Shown: positions 37,872 through 64,000 of the stretch, one piece after another | Layout: every line of letters starts with the position of its first letter | Position numbering within the stretch: position 1 is the stretch's first letter | From: Tubulanus polymorphus | Lineage: Eukaryota; Animalia; Nemertea | Direction: 5' to 3' | Assembly: GCF_964204645.1 (NCBI RefSeq) | Contig: NC_134025.1 | Location: forward strand, 23,292,299-23,356,298 | Length of the DNA: 64,000 nucleotides | Made by a program: the position numbers and the translations under genes | Notes under the pieces: model-generated | The model's input: the letters and a program-made list of their open reading frames with translations, nothing else | Databases searched by the model: none | What the model was told of the DNA's origin: nothing

Positions 37872-39083
37872 TTAAACCTCACTTTGCATTCCGCTACAAT
37901 TCGAATATCTATGAAGATCATCGGCAAGTTCCCCATTTTGTATAGGTTTTACTGTCCGGTGGAGGTCTATTTTGGTGTCTATATCTTCTGTAAATATCAC
38001 AGACGATCTCGAGTCTTCGTTAAAAGGTATAACGTGATTGCCGTTTCTGTTTGAAGTGATATGCGAAACAGAAATGCCATGTCTTTGTCTTTTTCTCCAG
38101 AAACAAAACTTTGTCGCTACATTTGGATTCCTTGTGCAGTAAATTATCGGATTGATCGCGCAATTACTCCAGACCAGCATCAGGGTTATTTCCACCGACA
38201 AAAAGGTGGACGTCTTCTCTTTGTCGGCTGATAATGCAGAAATAAACATCGCTATTAGCAACGGAAGTAAACATATTAAATAGACGCCTATCATTATCAT
38301 GACTGTCGTTGCAGTTCTTATTTCGCCGATAAAAAGTAAATTTCGAACTTGAGTAGTTGCCGGTCGTATACGTTTATCGCTTGAACGAATTGTTTTCAGA
38401 ATTGCGAAAAAGCTAAAAAGCATCATGAGTATCGGAAGCGTCTGACATATAACCATCCGTGAAAGGAAATACGTATTATTCAAATGTCTAGGGTAAAGAA
38501 GTCTGCTTAGGTTTTTCCCACACCTTGCTACAAGTGTCGTGTGATTGAAGCGGGAATTTCCATTCGAAGAATATGTAACTAGCGTCCACGGAACTGCAAA
38601 AAATACTGATAACAGCCAAATGACTACCAAACACGCAGCCGCCTTCGACGGGGTCAACTTGGCGATTTTAGTGATGCCAAAAAGTCGATCGAGGGCGATT
38701 AGCGCCACGGTCAAAGTCGACGATGATAGATACAGGTTTAATACGACCATGTTCATGATACATGGGACATGATCGATGGGCCACGATCTAGATAGATAAG
38801 CACCCGCGGACAACGGCATGCAGATGGTTGTTGCAAATAAATCGCTGACCGAAAGTGAGGCAATGATTCCATTTGTAATCGTGCGCATTTGATAGTTTCG
38901 CCAGAGTATTATCAATACTGACAGGTTTCCGATACACGAGAAGGCCATTATGAACAGGACGATAACTCCTTTGAACACGACACCCACGATGTTGCCCAAT
39001 TCCCCGGCGTTTGACTGCTGCTGGGGACTCGGTGCTGGAGAAGCATTCAATTCGAGAACAAAAGTTGTCGAAGAAATCGACAT
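37872..39083 (-). CDS. GPR135: Orphan class A GPCR, GPR135-like, 403 aa
   Basis: Intronless 7TM with TNGIIASLSVSDL, IALDR, IRSSDKRIRP...FIGEIRTATTVMIMI and WSNCAINPIIYCTRNPN, matching motifs characteristic of GPR135. Confidence 0.75.
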   Translation of the reverse strand: MSISSTTFVLELNASPAPSPQQQSNAGELGNIVGVVFKGVIVLFIMAFSCIGNLSVLIILWRNYQMRTITNGIIASLSVSDLFATTICMPLSAGAYLSRSWPIDHVPCIMNMVVLNLYLSSSTLTVALIALDRLFGITKIAKLTPSKAAACLVVIWLLSVFFAVPWTLVTYSSNGNSRFNHTTLVARCGKNLSRLLYPRHLNNTYFLSRMVICQTLPILMMLFSFFAILKTIRSSDKRIRPATTQVRNLLFIGEIRTATTVMIMIGVYLICLLPLLIAMFISALSADKEKTSTFLSVEITLMLVWSNCAINPIIYCTRNPNVATKFCFWRKRQRHGISVSHITSNRNGNHVIPFNEDSRSSVIFTEDIDTKIDLHRTVKPIQNGELADDLHRYSNCSGMQSEV

Positions 39084-41610
39084 TTTTCATCAGTGCGGCA
39101 ACTTGACCCCTATTGAGTATACTACTTCCCGCGAGCGTATCCATGATTCCATTTTGAGGGGACTCCAATCTTCGAAATATCTGCAAGGAATCGAAATACA
39201 TGTTGTCATTAAAAGTCAATCATTTTGGTGATTTTGCGTAATGGCCAAACATTTGCAAAGCGATACCAAAAATTGTCCACGTCATCTAATGAAAATTGTA
39301 ACAAAGTTCCATACCTACAAACAGGAATTAGACACCTCTGAATCGAAAAAGATGTGCATACCGATAATCACAGCATTTGATGATCCAATCCATCATGAAC
39401 TCAATCGATTAATTTCTCCACCGTTATATCTTAGATATCTGTTTGTGTTATGTAAAAAAAAATAATAAATCTACAGAAGTATGTAGGGACTACTTCATTT
39501 CCAATTATCGGACTACTTGCTATATCAAATATCTGTTTTCCTACAGCCCACTATAATGGAGATTTCATAATATGCTCCAACGTGTTCGAGTAAATAAAAT
39601 CAATCGACATAAATAATTATATACCGCTAAAATAAATATTGCACCTTGTTAGTAAAGCGAAAGCTTGTATGAATCAGGCGTGAATTGGCCGGTGTTTGTT
39701 AATCATACTTGTCTCGAAAGAGCTACTAAACCTTAATTTTGGTCGTATGCGATTCCAGACGAAAACAAGCGTCACTCTCAAGTTGAAACGGATTTCTTTA
39801 TTAACAATGCTACTAAAATGATATCAGATTGCTGTCAGCTACGTACGCAGTTTTCACTTACCGTTGTATTTCAATCGCTGTTTAAAACACGTTTTAAAAT
39901 AATAAACGTTAAAACCTTTCGTCCTGATTGCAGCGCGTATGAGGCAGGACTGTGCATGATAGCGTTGCTGCTGGTAAGCTCAGATAAACGCTTACAACCA
40001 GTCCGTTACCATGGAGAACATAATCCCGGCACCTGACGATTCGACGCTATCACGCAGTGTGACAGATAACGCTGTTGCACGCAAAATAACGCAACAAGTC
40101 TTGCTGTAAAGTAGACCACTGCAACGTAGGAAGCGACAATAAAAAATCTACCTCTTAGCACTGTCACTGAAAATTCGATTTCGCCAGAGAAGGCCTGTAT
40201 ATATTCACAAGAGCGGATTCAGGGGGTGGACCGGGTGAGCCCCTTTCAAAATTCGAATGCGTCGAATTCGAAAGTCTGGAAACTTTTCTTTAAAAGAAAA
40301 TTTGAAAAAAACAAAAATAAATCTAAACGGGTCGTGATTAGGGTCAGAAATGCCGGCCCTTTTTGTCCCAAATGTTCTGTAGGAGGGCCACCAGAAGCCC
40401 ACACCAATGTTTCAAAGCAAACAAACGCACACGACCGAAAAATCACCGACACGTGTGGATGAAACGCACGCGCCGCACCGCGAAAACAGCATCGTGTCAG
40501 TGTTTTACAGTGCTGTGGACTCACGTTAGGCAAAAATTAGGCTGATTACAACCAAAAAAAATCATCAAAAAATTTTCATGGAGAATTTTTTTCAATTTTT
40601 CAACGTGCTTTCATTTAGACTTATTTTGATAAAATTGATGTTATATACCCCAAATAAAATATTTCAATTATTAAACAAATATTTCTCAATTACGGATTTG
40701 TAAATGCGGTGCAGGTAGTTACAACAGACTAGAAAAATACAAGAATCGTTATGCACATCGTCAAATACGGCTAGGAATTTGTCTAACATGTGTTGCTAAA
40801 ATCTTAAGTGTCTTAAGATTTTTTTTTTCAAATTTGGATCGAACGGTAACGGTTTTGGATGAGCGGACCATCAATCATTCTAATGGTCTTTGTCTGGGCT
40901 TATAATGTCTGTTGTAGAAGACCGCTTGTTCAGGATGGGTGGTGTCCTATTTTGTTAGTATTATTAATTCTTACCTCAATTGTCTGGGGATGGCCTCTCC
41001 ACTCCTCACGCATTTGTGTCTTTGTGATCACAAGCGATTAACTATCAAGAACCTTAAAATTGATGAGCTTAGTGAAACAGTTGTTCGTAAAATCTGCTAT
41101 TACGATCTCTTTTGCACATGAAGCACTCTTCTCTTTCACCTGTGCCTTATCAATGGAAGCTAAAATGATTGATACTATCAGCCTCTAGTTCTAGATACTA
41201 TCAGCTGTTTGGTCTCTTTCCTTTCCTTATGGGGACTGTGACTATGTAATCCCTAGTTACGTAGGATATAGCAAAGCGGCAACTTGTATCCACGTATTGG
41301 ACTTTTTGCCCGTGTTGGAATTTTTGCCCGCGTTTTCTCAAGATCTGTCAGGCTGCTCTAAAATTCATTGTTCTTTGAATCCTCGCTTGAAATATCCATT
41401 CAAATGAACTCGATGGACTGGAAATATAGATATTCAAACCACTTCTTGCTTGTATATATATATACATAAAGAAAGAAAAGAAATGTGATGTTAGGTAGCC
41501 ATGCTTCTGTTTTTGTGCCAATTACAATTTATTTCATTTTAGATTGAAAACAAGAAGAATTTACATCATTATTTGTTTCCATAATTCATGAAGACTCCAA
41601 GTAATTTTCA

Positions 41611-41726
<116 letters not shown>

Positions 41727-42222
41727 TTTTTTCTATAGTTGTAGGGCAGTCGCTGGCATGTTATAATGCCATGAGAACAATCAGATGACAAACGCCACCA
41801 AAACTAAAAGTACAAAGATAATTGAAAAAAAATGAAAAACAAAAAGATTGACTAGATTAACATACATTCAATGGTCATAAGCTGCATATCAGACAACAAC
41901 CTATATCAATAATAATAATAATAATCATAATAATAATATGATAACAAAGGAGATGAGCAAATACCAGTGATTCGAATTAAACTACAGTAATTCACAACAA
42001 ATTTCTCCATTCACACGAATCGTTGTGTTGAGACACTGCCACAAAAGCTGTAGTCAACAATAATAAAACAACGAAAATGGCAACATATGATATTCTAATC
42101 TATGTGCAATGTGTCAGTTACAACGTGATTTTCTGTGTGTGTCCAGTGTGCCATTTTTGGAAAATATTGTATTACGGCATTATGTTTTGTTAACAGTTAC
42201 ATAGACAAGGGAATATTAGATG

Positions 42223-42346
42223 TAGACCATATTCACATGACATCACAGAGCGCCACAGTGTCCATCTAGCGAATGCCGCTAACCAAAGTAAAGTCACAAT
42301 TGACGGCCATTTTGCGGACAATATGACGTCTGAGAATATGTTCTAT
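42223..42346. mobile_element. Short MITE-like element
   Basis: Imperfect inverted ends TAGACCATATTCAC / GAGAATATGTTCTA. Confidence 0.4.
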
Positions 42347-45300
42347 AGGGGCCTATGAAACTGGCGACAAGAGGAATTTGGATACAACTGCAGTCAACAA
42401 TAATCAACCAGGCTAGGCGAACTTCGGTTTTCGCAGTCAGTCCAAACTACAGCTCATTCCTGTGGGTGACTATTTCCGGACTATAGTTCCAACTTACCGA
42501 CGTTCGGTTTCAATCAGTCCGCAAATAGTCCAACTAACTCAGAAAACCGAAGTTCGTGGAAGAAGAAATATACAACAAGCACAAAGAATGATACCTCTGT
42601 GAAAAACATGAACATCAATTAATCGTCAATTTCTAATCAATGTTTTTTGTTGAAATTGTAGATACCTTTATTTTTCACTTTTATTGCACATTGACAAGCC
42701 AATCGGCACAAAGTATATCATATAAGCCCCTCACCCCATTTTAAGTATTTCGTCAGACGCAGCTGAAAGCTTATTCTCTGCTGCCCAGTAAATAATAACG
42801 TAAACATTTTGAGTGGATCTGGATTTGGATTGCCAGAGATTTCCAAATATTTGTTCTAATGTTTTCATAAATATGGTTACGTTGATTACTACCAATAAGC
42901 CAAAACGCGCATAACACAAACACATGCGTTACATGTCCAATAATTTTTGATAATTTGCTAGTGTTCGGCAGTCGTTGGTCAATTGGTATATTATTGTTAT
43001 TCGGTATGTAATGCTTCCTTGAGGTTTTTTAGCAACCATCTATTCCATGTCAGTGGTGATCCAAGATATCATAACTCAACCGATAAGACTTTCTATCGAA
43101 CGTTTGAAGCTTGAACCCAGCCAAACGTGCAATTAAACACTGAGTTGGGAATTAAGGTTAGATCTGGGCTTTTTGTCATGATTGATGTAATTAACTAACA
43201 GGTTTTCAATAGACAAAAATGAAAAAATTACTCATTACGCTTTGTATACAACTAATAGTTAATTGATCAAGTTGAAATGATTGTACATACATAGACATCC
43301 ATATGTCTACATAGAAAAAAGATGACAACGATGACAGGGAAGAAAAGGACACTGGCAATGCTCGAAAAACATAACAGAGTCTGCGTAAATATCTTGAAAT
43401 CCACCACAAAAATATTTCATTACCAGCCTGACAGCCACAATCACATATCCATAGGATTTCACCGGGCTATAGTTGCATTGTCAAAGCTTAGATCTAAGAC
43501 CATTCTAGTCGTTCTAAGAAGCAGTCCCAAGATTTGAGACTATGTTCGGACTTGAGCCATGACTGTGTACAACTGAGCCCAGATACCTGTAAATATGAAT
43601 GCGTTTTTTCAAAAACAAATTTCACGTACCAGTACTGTTACAAAATATATTCAATACGTCAATTATTTCACGACTAAAATATTGAGTTTGTGACCTCCAC
43701 ATGAAAAGTAAGTCAGAGAACGAACATTGGGGGACGCAGAGGGGGATAATGATACACTTTCAACATGAAAAATGAGAAACGACAAAAATACACTGTTTGT
43801 ACTCATATGATGACGTGTTGGTTTGTTTAATTTTTTTGCTAAAAAGGAGGATTAATAATTACGGTTATTATCATTAACAGGACTAGCTTCAATTATTCTC
43901 TATACAAGAATAGGCACAGCACAGCCCAATAATACAATATATTACTTACAGAACACATCCACATTTTATTTATCATAATCTATGATTATTTATTGTCATT
44001 AGATACAAAACGAATTCGTGGGCGATGGATTTGTTTACTTATTCACCGATATATTTCATTATTTTGCACACGCGAATATTTCATTTCTAAGCTCGGGACG
44101 ATATACAAAACCTAGCAACAGTACACGAGATGTTGAAAAATGTCCACAGAGCCTACTATCTACAATGAGAGAATGAGAGTTAGAGAGACGATTAATATGC
44201 ACACTGAAATGGACAGGGTCGAGGAGTGTCATTATATCGTGAAAACTGAATATACGTAATACCCGTAACATAAATCTGTGAAAGTGTTTTTGATATCGTT
44301 ACAACTACTCCGGGACCGAGATCCACAATTTCGAGTTAATTTCACCGCGCCAACGATTAAACATCAGTAGAATATCAACTGCGAAACGTTCGACTGGGTC
44401 CGGTATACTGCATTCTAACCTATCCTAAACACCGGTAGTTATGTATATATGATAAGAATTCAAGCTTTACCCACAATACGCGCGTATGGTCAGGAGTCAC
44501 AATATATCATCATTGTTCATCGGCAACAAAACAATTTTTCAAATTAGTTTAATTAACTCTTATAGTACAGGTAGGAGCGCACAAAGATGAACATTATCCT
44601 GTCGCATGGATCAAACCTGTCCACAATTTTATCTACTGCGAAACAAGACGACTACCAAGACATTGTAGATATGACTTGCATAATTATAGCGTAATGATGT
44701 GATATGCATTCGCTGATTTGAACGATCAATCTACCACAAATGGAATCCCAGGTAAACTATGATCTATGTTCGTAATCATTTTTGATTTTTTCCTTCATTA
44801 TTTTACCGAAACCGAAAATTTCGAATAAGATGGGATCTACTGTATTCAACCTCAATGCCGTAGAAGTAGTACATGTAAAAGGTGCAAATCTCACGGGCTG
44901 CGCTGTTCCAAAACGATAATATTGCTTTTCGTCGCTCCATATATTGATTAATTTCAATATCTTTCGATGTGTATGTTGTACGTATTGTGTTTCCTATTTG
45001 CCGCATTGCTAAGGAATTTGTACACGTAAAGAGATTCAATTCAAATCAACCGCAGGTCGAACAACTTCATCACATATATAACATATGAAGTAGACACTTA
45101 AATGCTTTGATCTGCTTCGCGCAGTCACACCAGACGGTAAAGCGTTTTTAACTAAATGTTAAACGAAAAATCATAAATCATCATTCGAAGTATGCGTACC
45201 ATTAGTTTTTGGCTAATAATCTTATTCCATGTAATCATAATCCGTGAAAATCAACGAAGAACTTCAGCAATGAATTGAATGGTGCAGGAACACTTATATT

Positions 45301-45879
45301 AATGAGGAGATATTGGCATCGCGCACAACATAATTCCATGACTCCGACCAATGTTCCTTACTAAATGCAAAACCTGACATAATTTTCGATGAATAGACAA
45401 TAATTCCTGGTATATATACACCATATATGGGAGCACGCGCATGATTTCACCAAATCATAATGCATATACACGCTATATTGCACAAATGTGAATATTCCAG
45501 GGTGATAACAACAATATATTCGGGCTAACTAATACTAATCGAGGGCCAATAAAGCATATACCCCGTATTTTCGTGAAATTCTTAAGTTGCTCTACGCTTT
45601 GGCAGTGTCGATTGAAGATAAAATGTGGTACCACAAAAATGCATCTTTGAAACCCAACAACCATTGTCTATTGTCCTTCATAGGTCGACACAGAATTTCC
45701 AATGATTAATTAAAACGCGTTTAGCAGACCTCCGTAGAAGTTAGCCATCATTGCTCGTGCGATCGAGACGACTCTGGACTTCTAGAGAGAGATAGAGAGA
45801 GATCTACTGGTATGTCTATGTTCTTGTCAGGTATCCGGAGCATATCCTTTGAGAAATTTAACTTATCGTTATCGCGATA

Positions 45880-61449
<15,570 letters not shown>

Positions 61450-64000
61450 CGTGTCTGTCGTGGTCCTCTCTCTCTCTTTAAAATCTAGTCTACACTCCTA
61501 GATGTGATTTAAACAGCGCATTACGCGCGAATGCAAACAACGAACGATATTCCCGCAGGTAGGAACCAGATTTTTGCCCCGAGTGGCAGCTAAATTGTAA
61601 ATATTAATCCATGTTGATGTCTTAAAATCGTGAAATCATCTAAATGACAAGAATGAGGAAATGAACTCGATGCCAGTTCCCGAGTATGTACAGGCGGACT
61701 ACGAAGGGCTTCACGTCCTAATTAGCACATCGATTCTGAATGTGGACTTTTTATTTTACTGGTGACGAAACGTTGGCAAGGGGGCATAAGTCACAAAGCG
61801 ACTTAGATAAAATAGATAGAAAAATACTCATAAATCTTGAAGGTTTTTCTTCAAAATTGAAATTGACTTCTGAAAGGATGTTTTTTTCTTTTATATCCAA
61901 AATGAAAAATATTGCAAATATTTCATATCATGCATGTTCGTTTTGTTTAGCTGCCAGGGACAGTTTCATGAAACTAATGTCCTCATTGAAAACATGAAGT
62001 ACCGAAACTAATAGCAATTAAATCAAAAAATTTAATATAAAATGTTTCACTAAATCAGCAAATGCCTAATTGTTAATGAAATGGGTACGATTTCTGATAG
62101 ATTATTACTTTCAAAATGTTTGGATTGCTAGAGGATGATTTTACAGTACTACAGTAATTTAAATAATCAGTACCGGTATGTCTAATTTTATTTTGTAAAT
62201 CTGTGTTTGATGGGCTAGCGACTGGAAATGACACTTTGACATACAATGTTAACTAATTAACTACCTGGATACTTTGTATGCAAAAATAAAACAACGGCCA
62301 AGTGTTTTTCAACTCCTATGCGAGAGAACTTGAAATGAACCATTGAGTTATTCATTATTTTTTTGGTTTATTTCTCAAAGTTCGAAAGCCAGCAGAATTG
62401 CAAGGTACTGGGTCTGGGAGGGCGAGACTCCCGAGGTTGTACGAAATCAACGTTTCAGTGTTTCAGCTAACCTTTAGATTCTATGCTCTAGCAAGCGCGC
62501 CTACGGAGACTCGGGGAACTCCGCGGTTTATCTCATTTATTTCTTGCGCGAAACAGCATCCGTAATTTATATGCGCTTGCGCATTGACGCTCGGCTAAGA
62601 TTACTTATATCACAAAAAATTATTATCATGGCTAATTTTTATAGTAAAGCGCCAACGAAATGATCATCCGATATCTGAACGTCTTTTCCGTAACTTGTGA
62701 ACACGACTAGAAATGATAACTTTAAAACGATAATCTTTATAATGTTTTAAGCGATTTAAGGGTAATACCCTCGCATGCCGAAGGTAGTGATTTGTTGTAG
62801 AAAGTATTATTCGTGAACTTAATAAAAGCCCTGTTCTCATATAAAGCTAGCATTCAGTTTCTTTCGAATAAAAGATACTGAAAATTAAGTTTTAGTCCAG
62901 TTGATTCATGATTTGATAACGTAATAAATTGAATTTCTGGCAGGATTCGAACCCACGAAATTGTGCAATGAGTTCCATAATTTCAAGATGGCGGTATGGT
63001 CGCAGTGATGTGCTTTGTCGAATGTTGGGGTAGGTTTCTTCTCTTTTCTCCGCAACAGTTGATCTTTAATAACCGAGGAAAGAGGTTCATCTCAAGAACA
63101 ATTTTAGACCGTCGAAAGTGTGAACGAGGAAGCGAAGGTTGTCCATTTCTGTTAGTAACTGCGCTTTGAATATCGAACCTTCTTGAAAATGGAGAACTTT
63201 CTTTTTTTTCACTCAATTCAATTCAAATATGAATTGATACAGACAAATTGTTTTTATTGAAAAGTCAGGACCCATTGTTTTTTTTGCCAAACGACAATGT
63301 ACCTGTACAATAATTGTTTATTGTCGATGAAAACGTAGCAGGAAAGGGTTGGATTGGAATACTAGTGTCAAGTGAACAAAAAATTAATGAAAATAGGACG
63401 AAGTCAAAAGATCCATGATCGCCTTGTTTGGTTAGTCTGCTGAGTACCAGATGATGAACGGGTTAACCTAAAACTTCTGACGCCGAAGTGTTGTAAAGAG
63501 GAGTTAATTCCTGTTTCTTGCTATGCAACCGCACACTTTTGTCCACTATTAAAACTATTTTATCAAATGAACAGTCAGTCGCAAACAATGCACTTGTTTA
63601 TGCTGAATAAAGATTTTGAAATTTGAATGAATTAGATAATTACCTTTAATGACTTTATAATGACTGAAAGCTACGAGGGACGAAAATTATGTACACTTTA
63701 ACCCTCAACGTTGTTTGGGAACAAGGGATTGATGCTAGACTATCACCGTCTCTGTTGAAAAATTTGATTAGTGATTTGATTTGATTAGTGAATATACTCT
63801 ATATCCGCCTTTGACCAAAGTAGTTGGGTATAAATATTTCTTTTAATGGATACGCTTTATTGCGATACAATAGTACATGTAATTGAATATCAAAATCATT
63901 GAAGAATGTGGCTTGATGCTAAGGCCTAGTTTGAAGTGGTCTAGTTGGAAGTCGGAAGTTTATGCTGACACAGCATTATTCCAGTTCACTATTTTCCCTG

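Noticed and set aside
45842-45850. ATATCCTTT U12 donor-like motif
   Set aside because: On the strand opposite PKC, within its 3'UTR; no branch point or exon context.
62938-62958. tRNA on the minus strand
   Set aside because: Only a T-arm/B-box fragment; no D or anticodon arm.

Overview
Eukaryotic (animal; a marine invertebrate or lophotrochozoan by inference) genomic window with intron-rich genes. In order: the 3' part of an ANKRD6/diego-like gene (+); a Helentron-type non-autonomous element carrying a 154-bp tandem array with CTCF-like motifs; an intronless peptide-receptor-like GPCR (+); a tail-to-tail pair of small Ly6/three-finger genes that the ORF track misses; an intronless WH1/EVH1 + CRIB-like gene (+); a GC-rich, hairpin-dense ~200-nt segment (candidate structured RNA); a Mutator-like deletion derivative; and an apparently intact 5.5-kb PHIS/ISL2EU-type transposon (THAP-DDE transposase plus SAP-SWIM-YqaJ nuclease, ATT target duplication). 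These are followed by TUBGCP2 (+, about 29 coding exons, two AT-AC minor-spliceosome introns), a GPR135-like receptor (-), and a novel PKC (epsilon type, -) with a candidate 21-nt microexon. Many MITEs, tRNA-derived SINE heads and (TA)n microsatellites are interspersed. All gene models were spliced by eye and family calls are from recalled motifs; no searches were run.
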